Source: Bacteroidota bacterium
GTDB taxonomy: Bacteria > Bacteroidota > Bacteroidia > Sphingobacteriales > Sphingobacteriaceae
Assembly: GCA_013287375.1 (NCBI GenBank)
Contig: JABDDX010000004.1
Location: 2,449-66,448, forward strand
Reading direction: 5' to 3'
Length of the DNA stretch: 64,000 bases
Shown here: one piece after another, positions 33,680 through 43,282 of the stretch
Numbering within the stretch: position 1 is the first letter of the stretch
How the letters are laid out: every line of letters begins with the position of its first letter
The notes under the pieces: model-generated
Seen by the model: the letters and a program-made list of their open reading frames with translations, nothing else
Told to the model about the DNA's origin: nothing
Database searches by the model: none
Position numbers and translations under genes: made by a program

Positions 33680-34075
33680 TTAAAATTGATTCTCCATATT
33701 GTTAACTTCCTTTAACGAGGCAACTTCCCAATAGGTGTTTTTATTTTTCAACCACTTTATCTTCAAAATATCCTTACCAAATAAACGCATGATCATCCCC
33801 AGCGGGCTCAGTATCAAAAAATAAAAAATAGTAAGCAAAACATAAGTATTGATAGTGCCCAACACATGCCCTATTTTATCCCAAACCAAGCGCAAAGGGT
33901 TTAACAAAACAGGCTTAAGCAACGAAAACATCAACAACACTATCGCGATAGCAAAAGCCACCCACCAACCTTGTTTGTGCCTTATAAATATACGAAAAGC
34001 CGATAAAACCAACAAAGCAATGGCCACGGTGTAACCGAACTTGCGGTTTTGTTTGATAAGCTCCACCTCCATCAT
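33680..34075 (-). CDS. SxtJ-family membrane protein
   Basis: RKFG, TM helices, W.KIGHVLG.IN..LL..F.ILSPLG..MRLFGKD.L, YW, C-terminal ENQF. Confidence 0.8.
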   Translation of the reverse strand: MMEVELIKQNRKFGYTVAIALLVLSAFRIFIRHKQGWWVAFAIAIVLLMFSLLKPVLLNPLRLVWDKIGHVLGTINTYVLLTIFYFLILSPLGMIMRLFGKDILKIKWLKNKNTYWEVASLKEVNNMENQF

Positions 34076-35919
34076 TTGGCTGAATATTTTGATGCCATAT
34101 CGGTAAGGCCCAATAATTTATAGTTAGATACCAAACGTGCGGTTGCCTGCGGATCATGCGGTTGCTTTGCTAGAATAGCCTTATCGTTAATAATTTGGGT
34201 GAGTATATTAAACGCCTGCGCCTGCTGTGCCTGCGGCAGATTTTTAATATAGGCAAGCGCTGCATTTGGTTCATCGGCACGCAAATACAGTTGAAATATG
34301 TTTACCGCTAACTGGTCGTTCGGCTCTAGCTGATATAGTTTTTTGTAGTAGAAAGCGGCTTCATCATAGTTACCCAAAATCGCATCAATATTTGCGGCAT
34401 TACCGCAGTATTGCTTTTCGTTTGGAAATTCCAGATTCATCGCCTTCATTATTTTTAACGCGCCTTCCTTATCGTTGCTGTTTTTATAATAGCTAAATAA
34501 TTGATCCATACCATCAGCCCACGTTGCCTGAGCAGATTCTATGCGTGAAGCTAACTCACCACTAATGCTGGTATCGGGTTTGTAACCCGCAGATATTGGC
34601 TGATTGAACGGCCAGCCTGTTTTTAGGTTAGTGATTTGAATTAACCCGATCAATGAATCCATTTTGGTAACGGGCATCTCTTTTACTAATTGCACATAGC
34701 TGATTTGTCTTTCGGCAGAATCAGCAATCAGATGCTGACTTTGCATCGCTTGGAAAAATGCATCGGACATAATGGAATATCCATGCAAATTAGGGTGCAA
34801 ATGCTCCAGTATGGTTTCGTTACCGACGATACCATGCGGCGAATATTGCTCAAATTCCTTCTTAGTATCTACCAAATGAACTTCGGAAAATTCAGTAGCG
34901 AGCTTCCTGATGATGGTATTGATTGCCTCGGGTGCACGGAAACGGAGTTCATCCAGTTCCTTTGCTTTGTCAAAATCCTGTTTAGCGGTGGCATAGTCGG
35001 CTTTTGCAAAGGCCTGTTGCCCCGCTTTATAAAAGCCTATTGCCGAATTTGGACCGGTACCATCGCTGATGAAAGGCGGCTGATCTTTCTCGTTGCTTAC
35101 TACGGTACTTAAAAACGTTGGTATTTTTTCATTGTTCAATAAGCGGCAAAGCTCGGTCATGTTTTCATCGTACTGATTGATACCTGCCTGGTAATCGGTA
35201 GAATTCAGTTCGATATGCTGGCGCGAGGCCATGCGCTGCATAAGGGTTGTGCGGTCGGCGGCGGTTTTATGGGGTGCGAATGCGCCAGATACTTTTTTGA
35301 TACAATTATTAAATAACTGCACCACTTTTAAGGTACGCAGTTTTAACAGAGTTTGCACCAGGAAACGGTTACTGCCGATGTAGCTGGTTGAGCCTACGCC
35401 CAAAGCGCCGTAATACTCGTTATGCCCGGTATATATCAGTACCGCGTCGGGCTGGTATTGCGCCAGCTGTTTGCCAAAATCAAGCACAGTATAGGAATTG
35501 ACCGCTGTTAATGAGAGGTTGATGATCTCGAAATTTTTATCAGGATACATCCGGTTCAATCGGTATTGCAGCCAGCGGTGAAAGGAGCCATTATGAAAAT
35601 ATGGGTAACCGATAGTGGTTGATTCGCCCAGTACAAATATGCGGAAGGTATTAGGCGCTTTATCAATCTGAAACAGCTCGGAATTACCTTTGGTGGCGTT
35701 AGCGGTGTCGGAGAAAAATTTTTCTGACGCATAATTATTCATCACCATATAACGATCATCATATGGATCTTTAATGAACAGATCGGTATTATGCCCGTAA
35801 TGAAAAAAGCGGAGCACAAACTCCAGCAAAACCAATAAAACAAACGGAAACAGTGTAGCCAACACTTTAAAAAGCAGCAGTTTTTTACCCTTCGGGGATT
35901 TGGTGGTAACCGTAGTCAT
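34072..35919 (-). CDS. Membrane-anchored SGNH/GDSL-family protein with C-terminal TPR-like helices
   Basis: N-terminal TM ending LEFVLR; block I FVLGESTT, block III YTGHNEYY, block V LEHLHPN. Confidence 0.75.
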   Translation of the reverse strand: MTTVTTKSPKGKKLLLFKVLATLFPFVLLVLLEFVLRFFHYGHNTDLFIKDPYDDRYMVMNNYASEKFFSDTANATKGNSELFQIDKAPNTFRIFVLGESTTIGYPYFHNGSFHRWLQYRLNRMYPDKNFEIINLSLTAVNSYTVLDFGKQLAQYQPDAVLIYTGHNEYYGALGVGSTSYIGSNRFLVQTLLKLRTLKVVQLFNNCIKKVSGAFAPHKTAADRTTLMQRMASRQHIELNSTDYQAGINQYDENMTELCRLLNNEKIPTFLSTVVSNEKDQPPFISDGTGPNSAIGFYKAGQQAFAKADYATAKQDFDKAKELDELRFRAPEAINTIIRKLATEFSEVHLVDTKKEFEQYSPHGIVGNETILEHLHPNLHGYSIMSDAFFQAMQSQHLIADSAERQISYVQLVKEMPVTKMDSLIGLIQITNLKTGWPFNQPISAGYKPDTSISGELASRIESAQATWADGMDQLFSYYKNSNDKEGALKIMKAMNLEFPNEKQYCGNAANIDAILGNYDEAAFYYKKLYQLEPNDQLAVNIFQLYLRADEPNAALAYIKNLPQAQQAQAFNILTQIINDKAILAKQPHDPQATARLVSNYKLLGLTDMASKYSAK

Positions 35920-36048
35920 ATTTAGTTTAAATTACCTGTAAAACACAGGGTATTAGTTTAATTGGCTTAAAAATGATGAAGATATTAATTTTAATATTTT
36001 ATGTGCGAAGATTTGGATATTTTTTTTGAGGTGGGAGAGAGTTCCCCC

Positions 36049-36126
36049 TTTGTCATTCTGAACGGAGTGAAGAATCTGTAAAGTAGTTTACAAGCGTACA
36101 GATGCTTCGTTCCTCAGCATGACAAA
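36049..36126. repeat. REP/MITE-like element, GTCAT...ATGAC family
   Basis: TTTGTCATTCTGAACGGAGTGAAGAATCTG ... CAGATGCTTCGTTCCTCAGCATGACAAA. Confidence 0.75.
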
Positions 36127-36245
36127 CACTTTTTGTTCATGGTGTCACAATCGTCCATGTACTAACCACCATTATCCATGTTTGTGCAATGTTTCCATTG
36201 CCACCTTTGTTATGTCAATAACGACGAATTAAATTAAAAAAGACC

Positions 36246-36800
36246 ATGCAAAGAATAACCGCACTTAACCCAGAAACAACAACCGGAAAATCAAAAGACC
36301 TATTTAACGCCATACAAAGCAAATTAGGCCTTGTGCCCAATATGATGCGTACTTTTGGCAATTCGCCTGCGGCATTAAATGGGTACCTATCCTTTAACGC
36401 TGCTTTAAATGAGGGTGTTTTAGGTGGCAAACTTGGTGAATTGATTGCACTTACTGTGGCCAATGTAAACCAATGCGAGTATTGCAATGCAGCCCACAGC
36501 TTTATTGGAGAGAAACTAGTTCATATAGACACAAATACATTGGCAGATGCACGCCATGGCAAATCAACCGATGCTAAAATCCAGGCTGCGCTTACTTTTT
36601 CAAAGATCATAGTTCAAAAAAGAGGATTAGTAAATGATGATGATGTAAATGCATTAAAAGATGCCGGTTATAATGAGGCTGAAATCACTGAGATTATTGC
36701 TCATGTTGGCTTAAACATTTTAACAAACTACTTTAATAATGTGGCAAATGTTACAGTAGATTTTCCGAAAGTTGAACTAATTGAAACAGCTGTTATTTAA
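36246..36800 (+). CDS. AhpD-like / carboxymuconolactone decarboxylase family peroxidase-related protein
   Basis: LGLVPN and ELIALTVA..NQCEYC.AAH. Confidence 0.88.
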   Translation: MQRITALNPETTTGKSKDLFNAIQSKLGLVPNMMRTFGNSPAALNGYLSFNAALNEGVLGGKLGELIALTVANVNQCEYCNAAHSFIGEKLVHIDTNTLADARHGKSTDAKIQAALTFSKIIVQKRGLVNDDDVNALKDAGYNEAEITEIIAHVGLNILTNYFNNVANVTVDFPKVELIETAVI

Positions 36801-36812
36801 TATATTAATGAT

Positions 36813-36854
36813 AATAGAGGGTGGATAAACACTAAATTTATCCACCCTCTATTA
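36813..36854. other. Strong intergenic hairpin inside an operon
   Basis: TAATAGAGGGTGGATAAA / TTTATCCACCCTCTATTA. Confidence 0.7.
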
Positions 36855-36862
36855 AAAACATT

Positions 36863-37276
36863 ATGGAACAGAAATTACCACTACCGCCTTTTACCATGGA
36901 AACGGCCTTACAGAAAGTACAGTTTGCTGAAGATGCGTGGAATACACGTAACCCGGAGCAGGTTTGCCTGGCATATACTATTGATACCGAATGGCGCAAC
37001 CGCACCGAGTTTATTAATGGCAGAGAAGAAGTAAAAGCCTTTTTAACCCGCAAATGGGAAAAAGAACTGGACTACAAATTAAAAAAGGAGCTATGGGGTT
37101 TCCGTGGAAACCGGATGGCTGTTACTTTTGAATATGAATGGCATGATAAAGCCGGGCAATGGTACCACAGTTACGGTAACGAATTATGGGAGTTTGATGA
37201 AAATGGTTTAATGAGAAAACGCATTGCCAGCATAAACGACCTTAACATTACAGCCGACGACAGGAAATTATTTTAA
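36863..37276 (+). CDS. DUF1348 / NTF2-like protein
   Basis: PLPPFT.ETA..KV..AEDAWN, WRNR.EF, SYGNE.WEFD. Confidence 0.9.
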   Translation: MEQKLPLPPFTMETALQKVQFAEDAWNTRNPEQVCLAYTIDTEWRNRTEFINGREEVKAFLTRKWEKELDYKLKKELWGFRGNRMAVTFEYEWHDKAGQWYHSYGNELWEFDENGLMRKRIASINDLNITADDRKLF

Positions 37277-37285
37277 CAGAAAACA

Positions 37286-38161
37286 GTGACCGCGCAAACT
37301 GCATTTACTTTAGTTAATCCGCAAACAAAAGCATTAGCGTTTAAAATTTATGCTTTTGAGGATGACAGCTATTTTGATAAATTAAATAACTTTAATTATT
37401 ACTCCATTTTATTGATTACCAAAGGAAGTGGTGACATACGGGTGGAATCTTCGGCGTATAATTTTGATGGCAACTGTTTAATAAGTTTTTCTGTTTATCA
37501 GCCTTTTATGCTGAAAGCCACGGGTGAATTTAAAGGTGTATTAATCAATTTTCATCCCGATTTTTTTTGCATCCATAAGCATCAGCCTGAAATAGCCTGC
37601 AATGGTGTGTTATTTAACAATATTTATGAGTCGCCGGTAACCGAACTGCAGGAACAAGAAATGCAAGCATTACTAACTATTGTAGACGGATTAAAACTGG
37701 AAATGCAGAACGCTGCGTTGGCTCAATATGAGTTGTTGGTTTCGTATCTAAAGATATTTTTAATAAATGCATCCCGTATCAAACTTAACCAAGCTGATGC
37801 AATTGAGTTTAAAGTTGACACCGAACCATTTATAATAAAAACGTTAAAAGATAATATTGAGGAGCATTATAAAACAAAGCATAGCCCCGGTCACTATGCC
37901 GATATGTTAAACATATCTACCCGAGCATTAAACCGGATAAGTAAATCGCATTTCAATAAAACATTAACTAATCTGATTGCTGAAAGGATTGTGATAGAAG
38001 CCAAGCGAGAATTGTATTTAACGTCCAAATCCATAAAAGCCATAGCTTACGAACTGGGGTTTAATGATGAGTTCTATTTTAGCCGGTTTTTTAAAAGTAA
38101 TGCGGCGGTATCACCGCAGTTATACCGTGAAACTGTAGGATTTGCTAAGGCTGAGATTTAA
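37286..38161 (+). CDS. AraC-family transcriptional regulator
   Basis: C-terminal IAYELGFNDEFYFSRFFK...SPQLYR. Confidence 0.93.
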   Translation: MTAQTAFTLVNPQTKALAFKIYAFEDDSYFDKLNNFNYYSILLITKGSGDIRVESSAYNFDGNCLISFSVYQPFMLKATGEFKGVLINFHPDFFCIHKHQPEIACNGVLFNNIYESPVTELQEQEMQALLTIVDGLKLEMQNAALAQYELLVSYLKIFLINASRIKLNQADAIEFKVDTEPFIIKTLKDNIEEHYKTKHSPGHYADMLNISTRALNRISKSHFNKTLTNLIAERIVIEAKRELYLTSKSIKAIAYELGFNDEFYFSRFFKSNAAVSPQLYRETVGFAKAEI

Positions 38162-38172
38162 GTTGCTGAGTT

Positions 38173-38207
38173 TAGACTTCCGAAATTTTTTAAACTTCGG
38201 AAGTCTA
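38173..38207. repeat. REP-like palindrome, second copy
   Basis: TAGACTTCCGAAATTTTTTAAACTTCGGAAGTCTA. Confidence 0.85.
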
Positions 38208-38434
38208 TTTTGCACCCAAAAAAGACGTTAAAAATGGTCTAAAAAATGACGAAAAGCATAATTTTCTCATCAAAAACGGGCAAAAAACATGCGAAATATT
38301 GACATTTTTGAGTGATTTTAACCCTAAATTTGATGATTTATCAATCTAAAACCACGCTTTTCGTCCATAAAAAGGCACTTTTTCGGGTCAAAAGACAGCA
38401 CTTGTTTCACCTCTTTCATGGTACAGTATGCTGG

Positions 38435-38962
38435 TTAATATTCCGCCAGGACTACTATATTATCGCTTATCGGCGTAATCTTTTCCCTGCCGCCTAAAAA
38501 GCCTAACCCAACTACAAAGCTAAAACCGCTTACTATTCCGCCGAGCTCCTGTATCAGTTCACTGGCCGCGGTTACGGTACCGCCGGTAGCCAGCAGATCG
38601 TCGTGTATAAGTACATGCTGGCCGGGTTCGATGGCATCGATATGCATTTCGATGGTAGCGGTGCCGTACTCCAGTTCGTAAACCTTTTGCTTTACAGTAT
38701 GGGGTAGCTTGCCTGCCTTGCGTACGGGCACAAAGGGAACGCCAAGGCGGATAGCCAACATCAACCCAAACAAAAATCCGCGACTTTCCACACCTGCTAC
38801 TACATCTATTTTAGTACCCGCCAGCTTCACGGCGAACACATCCACTATACGCTCACATAGGGCGGGATCTTTTAAAATCGGGGTAATATCCTTGAAAATA
38901 ATGCCGGGCTTAGGAAAATCCTGTATATCGCGTATGGCTGCTTTTATCTGCTGTGCTATCAT
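38435..38962 (-). CDS. apt: Adenine phosphoribosyltransferase
   Basis: DFPKPGIIFKDIT, ESRGF, VRKAGKLP, HDDLLATGGT. Confidence 0.97.
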   Translation of the reverse strand: MIAQQIKAAIRDIQDFPKPGIIFKDITPILKDPALCERIVDVFAVKLAGTKIDVVAGVESRGFLFGLMLAIRLGVPFVPVRKAGKLPHTVKQKVYELEYGTATIEMHIDAIEPGQHVLIHDDLLATGGTVTAASELIQELGGIVSGFSFVVGLGFLGGREKITPISDNIVVLAEY

Positions 38963-39627
38963 TTAAATTTTATGTAGGGTTCAATCTTGTGCAGTACATC
39001 GGGCGTTATAATGGCCACGTTGCCTACATCATCAATTGAATTATAGTTGCCGTGCTGGGTTCTGTACTCAATAATAGCACTGGCTTGCTTGTAGCTAAGG
39101 TATGGGCTTTGCCGCAAGGATGCAAAAGAAATGGTATTGATATTTACTTTAATTACAGCCGATGGACTGACGGTTAGCTGGTCTTTTATCTCAGCGTATT
39201 TGGCGGTGTCAAGTTCGTATACTTCCATCAGTTGTTTCTTGTTATAAAAGCCACCTATTCTATTACGGTAACGGATGATCCGGATGGCAAATGAAGCACC
39301 AATGCCATGCACGGTAGTTAAAGCTGCTGAATCAGCAGCATTTAGCTCGATAGTCGCGCCGGGCTTTAACTTGTTACTTATGTAAGTTTTTACAGATTCA
39401 TTATTGTATATAGGCGTTTTAGTAGCAGCTATGCTATCGGTCTTTTGAGCCTTGCTTAGCTGGGCAACGGCCATATCAAAGCCGCTAAAGTTAATTATAG
39501 TATCTTTGCGGAAACGCTGGTATACATAAGGGGCAGCCAGTACTAATAATATAAGTACAACCAGCACTACCATTCCGTTCCATTGTTTTTTAGTTATAGC
39601 GAAGTAATTTTTAAATTGTGATTTCAT
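38959..39627 (-). CDS. ComEA-family helix-hairpin-helix DNA-binding membrane protein
   Basis: N-terminal TM; IELNAAD...L..VHGIG..FA.RII.YR; second HhH domain. Confidence 0.85.
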   Translation of the reverse strand: MKSQFKNYFAITKKQWNGMVVLVVLILLVLAAPYVYQRFRKDTIINFSGFDMAVAQLSKAQKTDSIAATKTPIYNNESVKTYISNKLKPGATIELNAADSAALTTVHGIGASFAIRIIRYRNRIGGFYNKKQLMEVYELDTAKYAEIKDQLTVSPSAVIKVNINTISFASLRQSPYLSYKQASAIIEYRTQHGNYNSIDDVGNVAIITPDVLHKIEPYIKFK

Positions 39628-39703
39628 TCAGGTTTTAATACCCGGTTAAATTAAATAAATTTGGAATATTTTTTACCCCAAAACAACATCTTTTAAACTA
39701 CTA

Positions 39704-41458
39704 ATGAAAATTATAACCACCGAAGAGTTTGCCAAAGCCACTAAGTTAGATAAGCTGAAGATGCCCGGCCTGGCTGCTTTACTAATGGAAGTAATGAAAA
39801 TAAACCAGGTGAACGAGGTGTTTGCCCAGGCACAGCACAAAAATGGTATCGAGTTTATTGATGCTATTTTGGCTGGTTGTGGTGTTGAGATTGAGTTTGA
39901 TGAACGTGACCTGAAAAATATACCCAAAGAAGGTAGTTTTATAGCCATTGCCAACCATCCTTATGGTGGTATTGAAGGATTAGTACTATTAAAAATGTTG
40001 CTTACAGTTAGGGCTGATGCCAAACTGATGGCTAACTTCCTGCTTAAAAAAATCCCTAACCTTAGCGATTACTTTATAGCGGTAAATCCGTTTGAAAACA
40101 TAGAGCATTCATCAAGTATCAGTGGTTTAAAAAACACTTTAGAGCTATTAAATCAGGGTACGCCAATTGGTATTTTCCCTGCGGGCGAGGTATCTACTTT
40201 TGATATGGAATCGCAGCAGGTAACCGACCGCTTATGGCACCCGGTTGTGGGTAAGATCATCGCTAAAGCTAAAGTACCTGTAGTGCCTGTATATTTTCAT
40301 GGTAACAACGGCTTGCTGTTTAACCTGCTGAGCATGATACATCCCGCCCTGCGTACCGCCAAACTGCCATCGGAACTGTTTAACAAACAAGGCCAAACCA
40401 TAAAGCTGCGCATTGGTAAACCCATCAACATAGCCGATTATCCTGAATATAATAACAGCACTAAGCTGCTTAGCTTTTTAAGGGCGCGTACCTATGCTTT
40501 AGGTACCGGTTTAGAGGAAGAGAAAAAGCTGTTCAACCCGCGTAATCTTTTCAAAATAAAGAAACTTCCTGAAGCCTTTGCACCCGAGATGGCTAGCGCG
40601 ATACTGGAGAAAGAAGTGGAACCGCTACGCGATACTTACCGTGTATGGCAGGAGAAAAACTACGAAGTATTTATTGCACCTACATCGGTTATCCCGAATG
40701 TTATAAGAGAAATTGGCCGCTTACGCGAGATCACTTTCCGCGAAATTGGCGAGGGTACCAATAAAAGTGTCGATTTAGATGAATATGATATTTATTATCA
40801 TCACCTGTTTATTTGGGATATCGAAGCCAAATTGATAGTAGGTGCTTACCGTATTGGTTTGGGCGATGAGATATTTTATAGTCAGGGTAAAAGTGGATTT
40901 TATTTGAACGAACTGTTTAAAATAAAAGAACAGTTAATGCCTGTATTGAGAAAGAGCATTGAGCTGGGCAGATCATTCATTCGTAAAGAATACCAGCAAA
41001 AACCGCTTCCATTATTTTTATTGTGGAAGGGTATATTCAAGTTTTTAATTGATAACCCGCGCTATCGTTATTTAATTGGCCCGGTAAGTATCAGTAATTC
41101 GTTTTCTAAGTTTTCAAAATCACTGATCGTGGATTATATCAACCGTAACCATTTCGACCACGAAATGGCGCAGTATGTAAAACCACGCAGGAAATTTAAA
41201 GTTGATTTCTCAAAAATTGATGCCGATATGCTAATGGCAGGCGAGGATAGCTTTAAAAATCTGGACGATATTATCTCTGAGGTTGAAACCCGCAGCATGA
41301 AGGTTCCGGTATTATTAAGGCAATACATCGCGCTAAACGCCAACATCATCTGCTTTAATATCGACCCAAAGTTCGCTGATTGCCTGGATGGGTTCCTGGT
41401 ACTGGACTTCCAGAAAGTACCTGCCGAGATGCTGGAAAAATTAGCTAAGAATTTATAA
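39704..41458 (+). CDS. Bifunctional PlsC-like acyltransferase + GNAT protein (OlsF-like ornithine lipid synthase)
   Basis: ANHPYGGIE and IFPAGEVS in the N-domain; EIGRLRE.TFR..GEG, VGAYR, ELGRSF in the C-domain. Confidence 0.75.
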   Translation: MKIITTEEFAKATKLDKLKMPGLAALLMEVMKINQVNEVFAQAQHKNGIEFIDAILAGCGVEIEFDERDLKNIPKEGSFIAIANHPYGGIEGLVLLKMLLTVRADAKLMANFLLKKIPNLSDYFIAVNPFENIEHSSSISGLKNTLELLNQGTPIGIFPAGEVSTFDMESQQVTDRLWHPVVGKIIAKAKVPVVPVYFHGNNGLLFNLLSMIHPALRTAKLPSELFNKQGQTIKLRIGKPINIADYPEYNNSTKLLSFLRARTYALGTGLEEEKKLFNPRNLFKIKKLPEAFAPEMASAILEKEVEPLRDTYRVWQEKNYEVFIAPTSVIPNVIREIGRLREITFREIGEGTNKSVDLDEYDIYYHHLFIWDIEAKLIVGAYRIGLGDEIFYSQGKSGFYLNELFKIKEQLMPVLRKSIELGRSFIRKEYQQKPLPLFLLWKGIFKFLIDNPRYRYLIGPVSISNSFSKFSKSLIVDYINRNHFDHEMAQYVKPRRKFKVDFSKIDADMLMAGEDSFKNLDDIISEVETRSMKVPVLLRQYIALNANIICFNIDPKFADCLDGFLVLDFQKVPAEMLEKLAKNL

Positions 41459-41513
41459 AAATCAAATTCCCCTCTTGAGAGGGGTTAGGGGTGTGTTTGC
41501 CGAGTAACAATGG

Positions 41514-41741
41514 TTATATCTTAATAATCTTACCACTTTTCCGCTCCTCAGGCTTATGTTCCAAAGCTTTTGGGATCATCTTCACAATGGCAAACATTAC
41601 TGAACCTATTACAACAATCGATTTAAAAGCAAAATGTACAAACGGCTTCATTACTTCCCAGTTATCTTTGGTTAAGTAAGTGCCTTTTTTTGTTTCTGTA
41701 GCTGGTTTTGCATCTATTCTTTTTGTATGTTGATTTGCCAT
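41514..41741 (-). CDS. Small hypothetical membrane protein, 75 aa
   Basis: ATG start; basic termini around one hydrophobic segment. Confidence 0.55.
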   Translation of the reverse strand: MANQHTKRIDAKPATETKKGTYLTKDNWEVMKPFVHFAFKSIVVIGSVMFAIVKMIPKALEHKPEERKSGKIIKI

Positions 41742-41801
41742 AATTGATGCTATTTAGTATAAATAAGCATCAGGGTAAGAATTTGTTTGAGGTACTCTAG
41801 T

Positions 41802-41886
41802 ATGTTATTGCGAGGAACGAAGTAATCGCGAACTTTGCAGGCGGCTTTTCTACGTGAGATTACTTCGTTCCTTACAGCAATGACAT
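41802..41886. repeat. REP/MITE-like element, GTCAT...ATGAC family
   Basis: ATGTTATTGCGAGGAACGAAGTAATC ... GATTACTTCGTTCC..GCAATGACAT. Confidence 0.75.
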
Positions 41887-41899
41887 GGTTTAATTTTAA

Positions 41900-43165
41900 T
41901 TAAGCAACCTTCTTCTTCAAAGTAATTACAGTAACCTCCGGCCAAATACCTAATCTGCCCGAGAAAGCTAAAAAACCAAACCCTCTGTTTACATATAAAT
42001 AGCGGTTATTGTGATGCGCCAAACCAGCCCAGTCGACGTATTTATATTGTACGGGGCTCCATCTAAAACCTGCGGTTTCAACACCAAATTGCGCGCCGTG
42101 GGTGTGGCCAGCTAATGTCAGGTCTATATTGGTTGTATTAAAGCGTACTTTATCCTCCCAATGCGTCGGGTCGTGCGATAGCAATATTTTAAATGCATTT
42201 TCATCAACATCTTTAAGCGCTTTATCTAAATCCCCTATCTGTATAAACCCTCTGCCCCAGTTTTGTACGCCTATTAATGATATTTTTTGCCCGTCTTTTT
42301 CCAATTCCACACTTTCATCCAGCAACAGGCGGTAGCCTAACTCTTTATGATGTTGTTTCAGTTTATCTAAGTTTGCAGCTTTTTCGGCTTCGCTGTTCCA
42401 TTGTATGTAATCGCCATAATCATGATTCCCCAAAATAGAATATTGGCCATAAGGCGCCTTCAGTTGTTTAAAATTGGGGATATATTGCTCAATTTCCCAG
42501 GCGGCATTGTTCACCAAATCGCCTGTAAAAACAAACAGGTCGCTTTTTTGAGCATTGGCTAAATCAATACCTCGTTGCACCGCCGCAGTATTGTCAAAAC
42601 TACCGGAGTGTATATCAGATATTTGGGTGATGGTAAAGCCATCAAAAGCCTCTGGCAGTCCGTCAAAATAAATAGTTTCCCGGTGTACTTTATAATCGTA
42701 CTTACCCCTTACCATGGCATAAATAAAACTGGTAAACGGAAACGCAGCCAGTAAAATAGCCAGCTCGCTTATAAATTTTCTTCTCGATGGAAAAAATGGC
42801 TCAGTACTTTTATCATTATGTTTAGTTACTGAATTGCCTATCCCATATAGAAAACGCCCCAGATCGCCCAAAGACAGCACAATAACGAAAACAAGCTTGG
42901 TTACCAGAAATGTAATGAATAAGCTTAATATGTACTCGTGATACGGTGTCATTCCACGGGCGTGACTGAAACTGCCTAACCCACAAACAAAAAGAATGGT
43001 TACCCCCACAGAGATCATCAAATATCCCCAAAGCACAATCTGCCTTGCTTTTGTGGATTGCCAGTCGCTGGTAAATGTTTTCAATCCCGAGAATACATAC
43101 CAGTCAAACACCAGGGTGATAGCCGCTATAATTAAAAAAATTGTAAATAAACCACCTCTGTGCAT
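41900..43165 (-). CDS. Membrane-bound calcineurin-like metallophosphoesterase (YkuE/YaeI type)
   Basis: QISDIH, FTGDLVN, LGNHD, LSHDP, AGHTHG; start taken at MHRGG. Confidence 0.9.
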   Translation of the reverse strand: MHRGGLFTIFLIIAAITLVFDWYVFSGLKTFTSDWQSTKARQIVLWGYLMISVGVTILFVCGLGSFSHARGMTPYHEYILSLFITFLVTKLVFVIVLSLGDLGRFLYGIGNSVTKHNDKSTEPFFPSRRKFISELAILLAAFPFTSFIYAMVRGKYDYKVHRETIYFDGLPEAFDGFTITQISDIHSGSFDNTAAVQRGIDLANAQKSDLFVFTGDLVNNAAWEIEQYIPNFKQLKAPYGQYSILGNHDYGDYIQWNSEAEKAANLDKLKQHHKELGYRLLLDESVELEKDGQKISLIGVQNWGRGFIQIGDLDKALKDVDENAFKILLSHDPTHWEDKVRFNTTNIDLTLAGHTHGAQFGVETAGFRWSPVQYKYVDWAGLAHHNNRYLYVNRGFGFLAFSGRLGIWPEVTVITLKKKVA

Positions 43166-43244
43166 GTTAAAACTTGTAAGTATGCAATTTAAAAAAGTTA
43201 AGGTAATTACAGCGTAAAAATTAGCCGGCACTCATTTAAAGTCA

Positions 43245-43271
43245 AAAAAAAAGCCCCGCTAATGCGGGGCT
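43245..43271 (-). terminator. Intrinsic terminator of the micropeptide operon
   Basis: Minus strand AGCCCCGC-ATTA-GCGGGGCT followed by a T-run, 11 nt after the stop of ORF 43283-43459. Confidence 0.85.
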
Positions 43272-43282
43272 CGAACATATTA

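Noticed and set aside
31551-34075. Saxitoxin biosynthesis cluster
   Set aside because: Only sxtI/J/K-like genes are present; there is no sxtA, sxtG or other core gene
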